A stretch of DNA of 64,000 nt from Tolypothrix carrinoi HA7290-LM1. GTDB lineage: Bacteria > Cyanobacteriota > Cyanobacteriia > Cyanobacteriales > Nostocaceae. The DNA is taken from assembly GCA_019358935.1 (NCBI GenBank), contig JAHHIK010000004.1, positions 32,001 through 96,000 on the forward strand, in the 5' to 3' direction. The notes below the pieces were generated by a model that worked only from the letters and a program-made list of their open reading frames with translations, searched no databases and was not told the DNA's origin. Within the stretch, counting starts at the first letter, position 1; every line of letters starts with the position of its first letter. This document shows, one piece after another, positions 1-10,116 of the stretch. A program made the translations under genes and the position numbers.

Positions 1-1752
1 ATACTGGATATTTTGAAATTGAAAGCTGTCGAACAAATCTTAAAAGAAATTCAAGAATTGCCAAGGCAAGAAAATAATCATTTATTAGATTTTGAGGAAA
101 ATTTTCTCACTAACATTAAAGTTCAAACAGATTTTTTTGAAAAATTCTTTAAAAAAATACCTAATGATATTGGACGAGAGGATATCAAAGATGACAAAAA
201 GTTAAAAAATAAAGTCAATGAGTTGTTGATTGAATATCAGAAAAGAAATAACCATTGTGTACTTCAAGATAGTGATATTTTAGAAGTATTACAAAATTCA
301 TATTTATTTGAACCAATAGTTTCAGCTATTACTTATAGCCTTTCTCCTTTAGCTCAATGGAGAAATCAGAGTTTTGAAGATCTTCTAGAAATGGGTTTTG
401 AGAAATTTGAAGAAATTTCTCAAGAAACATCTTCTGAAACCAAAACTAATTTAGGATATTCTCAGAAAGAATTAGCTAAAGAAGCGATTATTAAAGTTGT
501 ATGTCTTCTGAAGGTTGAAATACGTTCGCTTGTAGAAAAAGAAAAAAAACTCAATGAAGACGAACAGAATGCTCAAAGTACCGAAGAAAAAAAGAAATTT
601 ATCAGTACTGTTTTGTTCTGTTTCTTGTTAAAAAAATATCTGAATCGTTTTACAGATTGTATTATAGATCCCGAAAAGGCAGCTATTGATGAAATTAAGC
701 CTAACATTTGTGATAAACAAGAAGTATTTGAAATTGAAAACTTAGTTGATGATAAAAATGAGGATAGTACTCAACAAAAAACAGAAAAATTAGAGCTTTT
801 CCCAACTTTACAATTATACATTCCTTTAGTAAGCAACAGTCTAATTAAAGAGTTAAAAAGACGTAATAAAGAGGGAAGTTCAAGTGAAAAGATATTCTTT
901 CTTCTTCCTGGTATAGTAGATTTAAGCTTTTGGTGTTCTCCAGTCAGAGATCAGGGGTCACTGAACTCTTGTACTGCCTTTGCTGCGATCGCTTTGTTAG
1001 AGTATTTTGCTAATAGAAATTATCAACAGAAAATAAATCCTTCTGCTTTGTTTCTCTATAAAGCTGCACGCCAAAAAATGAATGTTACAGGAGACGTGGG
1101 AGCATCTATAAGAGAAACAATCAAAGTACTAGCGCTATTTGGTGTTCCCCCGGAAGATTCCTGGAGTTACGATGAAGATAAAGTAGACGAAGAACCACCT
1201 CCCTATTGCTACGCTTATGCTCAAAATTATAAAACACTGAAATACTTTCTTTTAGATTATGCAGGCATTTCTAAAGAAAGCCTTCTGTTTCAAATTAAAG
1301 CAGTTCTAGCCGCAGGTTTTCCTTGTATTTTTGGGTTCACACTTTATGCTTCTGCATACGAAGATTCAAACGAACCAGGTCATATTCCCTATCCAGATCA
1401 AAAGAATGATAAAGTTGTCGGTGGGCACACCGCTGTAGTAGTTGGATATGATGATTACAAATTCATGTTGTGTGCCGATCGCAAGCACTATTCCCAAGGT
1501 GCATTCTTAATCAGAAACTCTTGGGGACCTGAATGGGGAGTCAATGGTTATGGCTGGCTTCCCTATGACTACGTGTTAGCTGGACTTACTGCCGCTTGGT
1601 GGTCGCTGCTGAAGTCAGAATGGTTTAATGAAGATAACTTCGGTTTGGCAGGAACAGGTGGGGAAGAACCACATAGGGAGACAAAAGGCTCAAATCAGCC
1701 TCCCAAAAAGCCTCCCAAAAAGCCTCCCAAAAAGCCTCCTCACAACCTCTAA
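1..1752 (+). CDS. C1 (papain-like) cysteine peptidase with long charged N-terminal extension; probably 5'-truncated by the window edge
   Basis: QGSLNSCTAFA (Gln/Cys), GGHTAVVVGYDD (His) and IRNSWG (Asn) motifs; the frame is open from base 1; C-terminal PPKK repeats. Confidence 0.85.
   Translation: MLDILKLKAVEQILKEIQELPRQENNHLLDFEENFLTNIKVQTDFFEKFFKKIPNDIGREDIKDDKKLKNKVNELLIEYQKRNNHCVLQDSDILEVLQNSYLFEPIVSAITYSLSPLAQWRNQSFEDLLEMGFEKFEEISQETSSETKTNLGYSQKELAKEAIIKVVCLLKVEIRSLVEKEKKLNEDEQNAQSTEEKKKFISTVLFCFLLKKYLNRFTDCIIDPEKAAIDEIKPNICDKQEVFEIENLVDDKNEDSTQQKTEKLELFPTLQLYIPLVSNSLIKELKRRNKEGSSSEKIFFLLPGIVDLSFWCSPVRDQGSLNSCTAFAAIALLEYFANRNYQQKINPSALFLYKAARQKMNVTGDVGASIRETIKVLALFGVPPEDSWSYDEDKVDEEPPPYCYAYAQNYKTLKYFLLDYAGISKESLLFQIKAVLAAGFPCIFGFTLYASAYEDSNEPGHIPYPDQKNDKVVGGHTAVVVGYDDYKFMLCADRKHYSQGAFLIRNSWGPEWGVNGYGWLPYDYVLAGLTAAWWSLLKSEWFNEDNFGLAGTGGEEPHRETKGSNQPPKKPPKKPPKKPPHNL
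1698..1740 (+). repeat. 12-bp coding tandem repeat (AGCCTCCCAAAA x~3.5) encoding PPKK
   Basis: Read directly from the sequence. Confidence 0.9.
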
Positions 1753-1835
1753 TATTAATAGTTAATAAAGCAAACAGCGCTAACCAAAAGGAATGCGCTG
1801 TTCTCTGCAATTTGGCTATTAACCAAAATTAAAAA

Positions 1836-1908
<73 letters not shown>

Positions 1909-2024
1909 GTTTTGACTCACATTTATAAACTATAGCAAAGTATTCCAAATCGCGCTACTATTTTTGAGAAATATTTTGCCGATCGCTTAATCCAAAATCC
2001 ACGCATCCAAAATCCAAAATCCCT

Positions 2025-2639
2025 ATGCCCTCTGGACGGACGCACGATCGCATTACTTTATGGGCTTTACCTTTTGTTGTGGCGATCGCCTTCTGGCAAA
2101 CTCGCAACGGCAACTTGACTTTATTGGTTGCTGGTGGGTTTATGTTCGGTGGGTTGATGTTCGGTCCCGATTTAGATATTTACTCGCGTCAATTTCAGCG
2201 CTGGGGTTGGTTGCGCTGGATTTGGCTACCTTATCAAAAACGTTTGCGTCATCGTTCTTTTTTCTCTCACGGTCCGATAATTGGGACAACGCTACGGGTG
2301 CTTTATCTGACTAGCTTGCTAGCAATTTTGTCAATTTTCGGTTTGGTGGTTGGTGCAAAGCTGGGAAATGTAACTTTGAATTGGCAGGATATAAGTGAAA
2401 ATGTAGGGCGATCGCTCTCTTCTTACTCTAGCGAATTATTAGCACTATTTTTGGGGTTAGAACTCGGTGCTATGAGTCATTCTCTCAGCGATTGGGGCGG
2501 TTCGGCTTACAAGCGTTTCCAAAAGCAAGGGGTTCAAGGATTGCTGCCGCGTGCGAAAATGAAGAAACGTAAAGTGAGTCGCGGTAAGCGTCGGGTGACG
2601 GTAGCGAAGCCAAGGGGGAAAAGTCAAAAGCGACAATAG
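2025..2639 (+). CDS. DUF2227-type membrane-bound putative metal-binding protein
   Basis: MPSGRTHDRIT N-terminus, GPDLD, HRSFFSHGP and SHSLSD motifs, hydrophobic segments. Confidence 0.8.
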   Translation: MPSGRTHDRITLWALPFVVAIAFWQTRNGNLTLLVAGGFMFGGLMFGPDLDIYSRQFQRWGWLRWIWLPYQKRLRHRSFFSHGPIIGTTLRVLYLTSLLAILSIFGLVVGAKLGNVTLNWQDISENVGRSLSSYSSELLALFLGLELGAMSHSLSDWGGSAYKRFQKQGVQGLLPRAKMKKRKVSRGKRRVTVAKPRGKSQKRQ

Positions 2640-2697
2640 TTAGTTTTGAAACGCAGAGGGACGCTAAGGAAAACGCAGAGGGACGCTGAGTTTATTT

Positions 2698-3525
2698 ATG
2701 GAATTGAATCAAAATCAAAGGAATGCTGAGACGTTGACAGCGTTACAAGAATTAATTGATGTGGTGGCAAAGTTGCGTAATCCTGATGGTGGTTGTCCGT
2801 GGGATTTGGCGCAAACTCCGCAAACGCTGACACCATATGTGATAGAAGAAGCTTATGAAGTGGTGGACGCAATTAAAAGTGGGGATAAAGAGGCGATCGC
2901 TGAAGAACTGGGAGATTTACTTTTACAGGTAGTACTGCAAGCGCAAATCGCTAGCGAATATCAACAATTTTCCCTCAAAGAAGTCGCTCAAGGCATTTCC
3001 CAAAAGTTGATTCGTCGTCATCCCCATGTATTTGGTGATGTGTCGGTGGAAAGTGTTGATGAGGTGCGGCAAAATTGGGAACAAATCAAAGCTGAAGAAA
3101 AAGGCGAAACTCCAGATAATAAAAAACTTAGTGCTAAACTCAGTCGTTATGCTAAGACTCTTCCTCCGATGATAGCGGCAATGAAAATTTCCCAAAAAGC
3201 GGCTGCGGCTGGGTTTGAGTGGGAAAATATTGATGGTGTCTGGGCAAAGTTTCATGAGGAGTTGGCGGAATTTGAACAAGCTTTAGAACAAGAAACACCA
3301 GCAGAACAACAAGCGGAATTAGGCGATTTACTATTTTCGATTATTCAAGTTGCCCGATGGTATAATCTTGACCCGTCAGAAGCTTTGCAAGGTACAAATC
3401 AGCGATTTATTCAACGGTTACAAAAAATGGAGGCGTTTGCTAACCGCCCCCTTTCCGATTACACTTTGGATGAGTTAGAAGCACTTTGGCAACAAGCTAA
3501 AGCTAAACTTGCACAAGAGTCATAA
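2698..3525 (+). CDS. mazG: Nucleoside triphosphate pyrophosphohydrolase MazG
   Basis: GGCPWD, EEAYE, EELGDLLLQV, KLIRRHPHVF; tandem MazG domains. Confidence 0.95.
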   Translation: MELNQNQRNAETLTALQELIDVVAKLRNPDGGCPWDLAQTPQTLTPYVIEEAYEVVDAIKSGDKEAIAEELGDLLLQVVLQAQIASEYQQFSLKEVAQGISQKLIRRHPHVFGDVSVESVDEVRQNWEQIKAEEKGETPDNKKLSAKLSRYAKTLPPMIAAMKISQKAAAAGFEWENIDGVWAKFHEELAEFEQALEQETPAEQQAELGDLLFSIIQVARWYNLDPSEALQGTNQRFIQRLQKMEAFANRPLSDYTLDELEALWQQAKAKLAQES

Positions 3526-4998
3526 TTACAATTTCACCGTGACGGTTTTGATTTCGGTGTAATGCTCTAAACAATACTCGCCGAGTTCGCGACCCATACC
3601 GGATTGTTTAAATCCGCCGAAGGGTGCAGCAGCGTCAAACACATGGTAGCAATTCACCCAAACAGTACCGGCGCGGACGTTATTAGCGATCGCCAAAGCC
3701 TTGGTAATGTCCTTTGTCCACACCCCGGCAGCAAGACCGTACATTGTAGTGTTAGCTAAATGAATTACCTCGTCGATGTCCTTGAACTTAATAATGCTCA
3801 TCACTGGACCGAAGATTTCTTCTTGGGCAATCTTCATGTCGTTGCGAACATCTGCAAAAACAGTCGGCTGAATGAAGTAACCGCGATCGCCAACTTGATT
3901 ACCACCACATAACATCTGGGCACCTTCTCGCATACCCGACTCAATGTAGCTCATCACCTTGTCGAACTGGTCTTTATCTACCTGCGGTCCTTGCTGAGTA
4001 TTACTATCAAAGGGGTTGCCAACGACACGTTGCTTGGCTCTTTCCACACTCTTAGCAACGAACTCGTCGTAACATTTTTCTTCCACAAACAACCGCGAAC
4101 CGGCATTGCAACACTGACCTTGGTTGAAGAATAAGGCGTTGTGGGCACCTTGAATCGCTTCATCCATATCAGCATCGGCAAAGACGATATTGGGACTCTT
4201 ACCACCAAGTTCTAGAGTTACCCGTTTCAGGTTGCTCTTTGCAGCAGCCTCCATTATCAAGTGTCCTACTTCAGTAGAACCAGTGAATGCTACTTTGTCA
4301 ATATCCATGTGGTGGGAAATTGCCGCTCCTGCTGTTGGACCATATCCTGATAAAATATTGACCACACCAGGGGGGAAACCAGCTTCGATAATTAACTCAC
4401 CTACTCGCAACGCAGACAACGGTGTTTGTTCGGCTGTTTTCATCACCACAGTATTGCCCGTTGCCAAAGCAGGTCCGAGTTTCCACGCTTGCATCAGTAG
4501 CGGGAAATTCCAAGGAATAATCTGACCAACCACACCAACAGGCTCATGACGTGTGTAGCAGAAGTACGGACCATTAATTGGGATGGTCTTACCTTGCACC
4601 TTGTCAGCCCAACCTGCATAATAGCGGTAACAAGCGATGACCAGCCGTAAGTCAGCATTTAAAGAATCACTCAGCGGTTTGCCGTTATCGAGAGTTTCCA
4701 ACCGTGCCAACTCGTCGATATTCTGCTCAATTAAATCAGCCAGCTTGTAAAGTAACTCTCCGCGACGGGTGGCGGACATTTTTGACCATTCCCCACTGGT
4801 GAAAGCATTACGAGCTGCTTGCACTGCCTTATCTACATCCGGTGCATCTGCTTCTGCAACTTCGCAGATAGTCTCGCCGGTAGCAGGGTTAATCGTTTCA
4901 AATCGGCGATCGCTAACACTATTCACCCACTCATTGTTAATCAGCAGTTGCGTGGGACCAATTTTGACCTGTTTTTCTGGTACGCTAGCTATAACCAT
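3526..4998 (-). CDS. NAD-dependent aldehyde dehydrogenase (ALDH1/2-like)
   Basis: [40 protein letters not shown]. Confidence 0.95.
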   Translation of the reverse strand: MVIASVPEKQVKIGPTQLLINNEWVNSVSDRRFETINPATGETICEVAEADAPDVDKAVQAARNAFTSGEWSKMSATRRGELLYKLADLIEQNIDELARLETLDNGKPLSDSLNADLRLVIACYRYYAGWADKVQGKTIPINGPYFCYTRHEPVGVVGQIIPWNFPLLMQAWKLGPALATGNTVVMKTAEQTPLSALRVGELIIEAGFPPGVVNILSGYGPTAGAAISHHMDIDKVAFTGSTEVGHLIMEAAAKSNLKRVTLELGGKSPNIVFADADMDEAIQGAHNALFFNQGQCCNAGSRLFVEEKCYDEFVAKSVERAKQRVVGNPFDSNTQQGPQVDKDQFDKVMSYIESGMREGAQMLCGGNQVGDRGYFIQPTVFADVRNDMKIAQEEIFGPVMSIIKFKDIDEVIHLANTTMYGLAAGVWTKDITKALAIANNVRAGTVWVNCYHVFDAAAPFGGFKQSGMGRELGEYCLEHYTEIKTVTVKL

Positions 4999-5179
4999 CA
5001 GGTTCTCCTTAAGCTTTGATAAAAAAATTTGCTTAAATCTATTAATTATGTTTGTTCATATACAGCACATTTTGTAATTTCTTTATGTAATTTTTCGATT
5101 TGATTTACATAAAAATATATAAAAAAACTTTAACTGTAGTAAGCGGCTTTAGCCCTTCTTTTTTAATCTTTAGATGATG

Positions 5180-5986
5180 CTACAACAATCGTGCCGCTGC
5201 CTCATAAAGCTTTTGGTTACAGTTAGTAATAATTGGGCTACCATGAGCAACACAAATTACGTGTAAGTCAGACGTATTGGCGGCTAATTCTTCAAGCCAT
5301 TGACGATAAGCTTGGCGATCGCTCATAAAAAACCGCTTACCTAACTCGGTAATTCCGAAGAACCCACCGCTTCCTATCCACTGAAGGATGAGCTTACCTT
5401 TGGGTGCGTACTGCTGAAGATAGGATTCTGTCAAGTTAAACAAGATGTCTGTAAACACCAACGCTTTGCCCGGTGATAATGGTAATTCGTAAACAAGCTC
5501 TTGCGGACGAATTCCGGCAGGTTGATGGCAGACAATTCCATAGTTAGGTAGAACTTCTTCGGCAAGTCCATCAACTGACACAACTTCTTCAACATATGGC
5601 AATGCTGCGGATGGACAAACAACCAAGAGTTTTGGGTAACGCTGTTTATACACAGCTGCATCCAAGCGATGAATTCGATTAGGCACAACCATGACTTTTG
5701 GAGTTCCGAGAGATTCAAGAGTTGTCATTGTCTCGGAGTCTAAAGCGATCGCGCTATGAATCAGCAAGTCACCATCTGCAAGCTTAAAGATCGCCATTTC
5801 CCGTGGTGGAAGCATCGGATTAGGCAGCGTGCCTGTTACATGCCATAGATTCGGGGCTAAATTTTCAATATTACTATGCGGCAATACATAAGATTGCCAA
5901 TTCTCAACAGGTTTTTGACGATGTTTGACTAGAGAGTTTAGGTAATAAAAGACTTCAGTAGGAGAGCCTTTCCTTCTCGGCTCCAT
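5180..5986 (-). CDS. Metallo-beta-lactamase-like protein (DUF4336-like)
   Basis: LLIHSAI, VVPNRIHRLD, FTD and VAHG motif pattern. Confidence 0.6.
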   Translation of the reverse strand: MEPRRKGSPTEVFYYLNSLVKHRQKPVENWQSYVLPHSNIENLAPNLWHVTGTLPNPMLPPREMAIFKLADGDLLIHSAIALDSETMTTLESLGTPKVMVVPNRIHRLDAAVYKQRYPKLLVVCPSAALPYVEEVVSVDGLAEEVLPNYGIVCHQPAGIRPQELVYELPLSPGKALVFTDILFNLTESYLQQYAPKGKLILQWIGSGGFFGITELGKRFFMSDRQAYRQWLEELAANTSDLHVICVAHGSPIITNCNQKLYEAAARLL

Positions 5987-6030
5987 AGGTACACCTCATC
6001 CTGCTTTGCTAAGAGAGTATTGCATAGATT

Positions 6031-6500
6031 TTGACACTCCCCGACTATCGCGGTACGGGGATTCTTGGTTCATCCAGCAAGCCGTAAACCTTCATATCCC
6101 TATTCCCAATCGCCGATTGGTACACGGGCAATACCTAACCAAACATCTGCTACTATTGTACAAAATGTCGAGCCAGTTTATGAAAGACCTAGAGGGCATC
6201 TGTCCACGCCAGTCGCTTCAAGTCGGGAAACCCGCCCAACGCGCTGGCTCCCAAGCTTTCGGGTACTTTGCCGAGAGTGCCTTAAAAGCGTGTTCCTCTG
6301 TTTTCCCCACATTCCGGCGTGCCCCGCCGTATGTTGTTAATTAAGTTGTTTCTTTTCTAGGTTCACGCGCAATCTGTTAGATAACGACTAGGTTTTTAAA
6401 GAGGATTTTCCTTACCCTCTTAGCATTACTACTTCCTAGCCAGTCGAGTGGAGACACCCCAGATTTGTATAGTCTCGTGCTAGCGGTTTTTCAGCCTGTG
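6031..6500 (-). ncRNA. Putative TnpB-type omegaRNA (reRNA) scaffold with 5' extension
   Basis: ACGGCGGGGCACGCCGGAA...AAGCTTGG...GGATGAACCAAGAATCCCC... leading into the right end resembles the tnpB-3'/right-end RNA region; downstream of a consensus promoter; 5' boundary approximate. Confidence 0.55.
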
Positions 6501-6510
6501 CTATATTATT

Positions 6511-6540
6511 AGTATAGGTTACGGTTCACTCTTATGTCAA
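6511..6540 (-). promoter_or_regulatory. sigma70-type promoter TTGACA-N18-TATACT firing into the omegaRNA-like region
   Basis: Exact -35 hexamer and near-consensus -10 on the minus strand; the -35 overlaps the ATG of the divergent small ORF. Confidence 0.6.
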
Positions 6541-6731
6541 CGGGAAAAGGCAAAAAAAGAGTTCGGAATATTCCGGTATTGCATGACGAACCGAAGAAGA
6601 AACGCGGCGTATGGTTGACAGACACCGCGTGGCATTCAATACAGGAATTAGCTATAAAAGAAGGGGTTAGCGCTAGCGAGTATTTAGAAGAGTTAATTAG
6701 AGGGCATTGCACCACAAAGCGGAAAGTTTGA
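6534..6731 (+). CDS. Small ribbon-helix-helix (CopG-like) DNA-binding protein inside the IS605-like element
   Basis: KKKRGVWLTDTAWHSIQELAIKEGVSASEYLEELIR matches the beta-alpha-alpha RHH pattern. Confidence 0.65.
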   Translation: MSTGKGKKRVRNIPVLHDEPKKKRGVWLTDTAWHSIQELAIKEGVSASEYLEELIRGHCTTKRKV

Positions 6732-6953
6732 GCGGAGGTTCCCTCCGATCAAACATGAGTCAAGACGGCGTAAACGCAAAGTCTGCCGGACAGAAGCTTC
6801 TGTCCGGCGAGCTTTGCGCCTTTAACCGTTTTCATCCCTTGCTATCGCGTACAGATGTGGCACTATGACGTGCCACATCTTCAAGGGTTTTCAACGAGTA
6901 TTCTTATAAACAAGATTTACGCAAGAATTTTATCCGCTTTAACCCACACAATA

Positions 6954-6988
6954 AAAGGAGGCAGTACCCGCTACTCACTACCTCCTTT
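6954..6988 (-). terminator. Probable intrinsic terminator downstream of the M48 protease gene
   Basis: AAAGGAGG...CCTCCTTT inverted repeat with flanking A/T runs. Confidence 0.45.
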
Positions 6989-7041
6989 GTAATTACAGCT
7001 TGGATAAATTAGAAATGCTCTGACAGCAAGCTAAAATTTAG

Positions 7042-9039
7042 CTATTTGCCGGTCATAAACAACGTAATGACCACTCCTAGGATAATCGATCCGCCACCCA
7101 AGACAAATGACCAAAAGCGATGGTAACTGTTGACAAGAGTGCCGCTTTCACTATTGAGTTGACTTAAATCCATCCACGGTGCGACACCTCGACGGAACCA
7201 ACCTACAGCTCCAACTGATTCGCCAATCAAGCTTTCAACTCGTTTCATTCCAAACAAGAAATTACCAATCGGACCAAAGCGCGAAGCATAATGCAAATAA
7301 AGCATTCCGCTGCGGTCTTGAATTTTCAAGTCAGAACCAAATTTATAACCGGAATCGCCACGACCAATTAGCGTACCTTGCAGTTTCGCAGGTCTTCCAC
7401 GCAACGGACTAGCATAAGGGTCTGACATCAAAGTGAGAACGTCAGTTTCTGGCGCTTGGCTGTAGCTGGGAAACATAATGAAGGCTTTGATTACCACTCC
7501 TACACCTAAACCGATGAGTGGCGCACCCAGCATCAAACCTGGGTTTTGTGAACTTGACCACAAGATAGCGCCGATAATCAAGCCGGCGACAAACCCAATC
7601 GTTTCAGCACCGTAGAGGATAACATCTAAGAAGAAGCTGCCGTAAAGCTTACTTTTATTGAGAGTTTTGCCTTCGCCAATAACTCGCCCCATGTCGAATT
7701 CAGTTGCTAAACCAAGCTGTTCTGCATAGGTGCTGAGAGCGCGAACTCGTTTACCTGTCAAGGGGTGAGTGGAATTTAACTCCATCCACCAGCCCCACGG
7801 ATTAAACATATCCCACAGAAAGACGCGACCGATTTTTTGCGGATCGGAAGCAATGCGGTAAGCGGTTCCGGTAGACGCAGCAGCTTTATGATCGTAAATA
7901 CCCAAGGCGCGAGTACCTTCAATTAAACGGCTGGGTTCTTTTGCCCGCGAACCTTCTTCTAAAATGCCGTAGGCTATTTTCACTAAAGCACGGGAAAGTC
8001 CGTTGGGGTTGCCGGTGGTTTCTGCGGCAAAGTGGTCAGCAAAGTATTCTCGCGTGCGGGAGAGGTACAGTACTAGGTATGTACCAACGATGTAAAACAC
8101 ATAGGCAGCTAGGGCAGCAGCTTGTGCCGCATCTTTGATTTTGCTATCACCACCGCCACGTCCAAGGCTTCTGGCTGTGATGTAAATCAAATAGCAAATT
8201 TGCACTAAGGTGGAAGCTACTGTCATTACCGCAAAATCCCAGTGGACGATGTGTCCTAATTCGTGGGCGTAGACGGTAGCAATTTCATCATCATCTAGGT
8301 AGGTGAAAAGTCCGTGACTGACGACTAAGCGGGCGCTATTGGGTAATGAGCCGTAAGTAAAAGCCGTGGGGTTTTCGTCGTCAATGATTCCCAAACGAGG
8401 AATTTTTAATTTTTTCTGCTGACAAACGCGACGAATTACTCTGGCTGTTTCTGGACTGAGATTTTCAACTTCTGCCAAGTCTACCCAACGAGTATGGTAA
8501 AGCCAACTTTGGGTTAAGTCCATCAAAAAGGGAGACAAAAAGAAGGCAGCGAGGTTGAAAATAACTGTGATAGCTAGAGCGATCGCTAATCCATTTATCG
8601 GTGCATCGCTATTGACAATAAATACCAGCGCTAAACCTAAAACGAACACCATGCCAAACAGCAAGGTGAGGGTGACACCAGATGCTAGTGCTAAACTACC
8701 ACCGACACCCTTCATGGCTAACTTAACACCCGCTGTCGCAGCGCGTTCGCTTTTTTCAATTTTGCGAGGTGGCGTTTTTGCAGGTTGATGTAAAGTAGGG
8801 TAAGCTTTTTCTGCCCAGGTGCGTACCTCAAAATTATCGCTGTTAATTAACCGCTGACACAGGTCACAAGCTTTTTCAATTTTTCCTGTGGCTTGATACG
8901 CTTTCAGCAGCCACATCTGCGCGTTCAAATAGCCTGGAGAAGTTTCATCAAAATTATTTCGACTGAATTCTTCTAGTAACTCGATAGCTTCTTGATAACG
9001 TCCTTGTTTAAAGGCATCTAATCCTGATTGCAGTGACAT
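7042..9039 (-). CDS. M48 (HtpX-like) membrane zinc metalloprotease with N-terminal TPR-like region
   Basis: HELGH, SRTREYFAD and STHP motifs; transmembrane segments. Confidence 0.9.
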   Translation of the reverse strand: MSLQSGLDAFKQGRYQEAIELLEEFSRNNFDETSPGYLNAQMWLLKAYQATGKIEKACDLCQRLINSDNFEVRTWAEKAYPTLHQPAKTPPRKIEKSERAATAGVKLAMKGVGGSLALASGVTLTLLFGMVFVLGLALVFIVNSDAPINGLAIALAITVIFNLAAFFLSPFLMDLTQSWLYHTRWVDLAEVENLSPETARVIRRVCQQKKLKIPRLGIIDDENPTAFTYGSLPNSARLVVSHGLFTYLDDDEIATVYAHELGHIVHWDFAVMTVASTLVQICYLIYITARSLGRGGGDSKIKDAAQAAALAAYVFYIVGTYLVLYLSRTREYFADHFAAETTGNPNGLSRALVKIAYGILEEGSRAKEPSRLIEGTRALGIYDHKAAASTGTAYRIASDPQKIGRVFLWDMFNPWGWWMELNSTHPLTGKRVRALSTYAEQLGLATEFDMGRVIGEGKTLNKSKLYGSFFLDVILYGAETIGFVAGLIIGAILWSSSQNPGLMLGAPLIGLGVGVVIKAFIMFPSYSQAPETDVLTLMSDPYASPLRGRPAKLQGTLIGRGDSGYKFGSDLKIQDRSGMLYLHYASRFGPIGNFLFGMKRVESLIGESVGAVGWFRRGVAPWMDLSQLNSESGTLVNSYHRFWSFVLGGGSIILGVVITLFMTGK

Positions 9040-9198
9040 AATATCTCCCTTTGGGAGGAGTGGTATTTATCTATCAATACTCAATAGATACAGCGATCGC
9101 CACCGCAATTACGGAAAAGTTTTTCGACACATATATTAATATGTGTTTTCACTACTTCTATAAAGTTTCTTTAATTTTTATCAGTGAATCGCGCAAGT

Positions 9199-9315
9199 AG
9201 GGGAGGGGGAGAGGGGGGGACAAGGAGAGGGGGGGAGGGGGAGAGGGGGAGAGTATTAAATTTTGAATTCTCCTTGTCTCCTTGTCTCCTTGTCCCCTTG
9301 TCCCCTTGTCCCTTG
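9199..9315. repeat. Purine/pyrimidine low-complexity inverted repeat (GGGGAGA / CCTTGTC heptamers)
   Basis: Same motif family as 14508-14678 and 33621-33900. Confidence 0.8.
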
Positions 9316-9350
9316 CGGTCTATTTGTATCAACCTTAAAGTAAAACGGTA

Positions 9351-9815
9351 TTAGTGGGGAATTTTGCTTAACTCGAACCAAGTGCGATCTTCGACAATGC
9401 CATCATGAGGCAACTCAGTACGTTTTTGCAGCTCTTTGACTGCACGTTCTAGCTTAGAACCAAATTCACCGTCGATCGCACCGTTATAATCTTTGCTAGA
9501 CTTGAGAAGATTCTGAACGGTTTTCACTAAGTCGCCTTTGCTGCCTTTCTTCAAAATTGGCATATCGACTGGCGCACCTTTAAACAATGCCCGCCAAGTA
9601 TTATCGGCAACAATACCATCTTCTTTGAGAAATACGCGATGTTGAAAGGCTATGACACCTTTTTTGGTCAGAGGACCAAATGCACCATCAATCGCACCCG
9701 TGTAAGTATTGTATTTTTTGAGAAGTTGTTGCAGTTCTTTGACTGCATCACCTGTAGAACCTTCTTTCAATACAGGTTTGTTGAGTTGAGCAGAGACATC
9801 ATTAGTAGATTGCAT
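9351..9815 (-). CDS. Peptidoglycan-binding domain protein (two PG_binding_1-like repeats)
   Basis: LKEGSTGDAVKELQ...IDGAFGPLT...FQ...DGIV pattern twice. Confidence 0.85.
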   Translation of the reverse strand: MQSTNDVSAQLNKPVLKEGSTGDAVKELQQLLKKYNTYTGAIDGAFGPLTKKGVIAFQHRVFLKEDGIVADNTWRALFKGAPVDMPILKKGSKGDLVKTVQNLLKSSKDYNGAIDGEFGSKLERAVKELQKRTELPHDGIVEDRTWFELSKIPH

Positions 9816-10040
9816 TATATTTACTCCAAAGAAAGTGAATGTTTCCGGAAAATCGAAAGTTTGAAAAGCGTATCAGGTACAAGCGAACCAAGGTTAATAG
9901 CAAAACCTTGCTCTATATCCTTAATAGGATAAGTCAAGTCAAATTATGCAATTATAGGATTAATTTAGAAATCAATAATTGCGAAACGCTTTGATAGTAA
10001 GGAAAAATCATAGTTATGTCAGATTGATTTTTAGATTATT

Positions 10041-10070
10041 GTAGAGACGTTCCGGACCGAACGTCTCTAC
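10041..10070. repeat. REP-like palindrome GTAGAGACGTTCC-N-GAACGTCTCTAC (also 31007-31035, 41662-41690, 58968-58996)
   Basis: Four near-identical intergenic palindromes. Confidence 0.85.
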
Positions 10071-10116
10071 AGATTGGTGTAGTCTAATAAAAGTGAAACT
10101 GCTGTATGCGTGTGTT

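Larger units (their letters stand above)
6031..6905 (-). mobile_element. Non-autonomous IS200/IS605-family element lacking tnpA and tnpB
   Basis: Minus-strand right end GAAT-CCCCG-TACCGCGATAGT-CGGGG-AGTG-TCAA. Left end TTAT|AAGAATACTCGTTG-AAAA-CCCTTG...TACGCGATAG-CAAGGG. Both hairpins share the TAC(C)GCGATAG loop motif. No long ORF inside. Confidence 0.8.

Noticed and set aside
6006..6344. 112-aa and 91-aa plus-strand ORFs
   Set aside because: Antisense to the IS right-end RNA region and spanning a repeat insert; no recognisable domain
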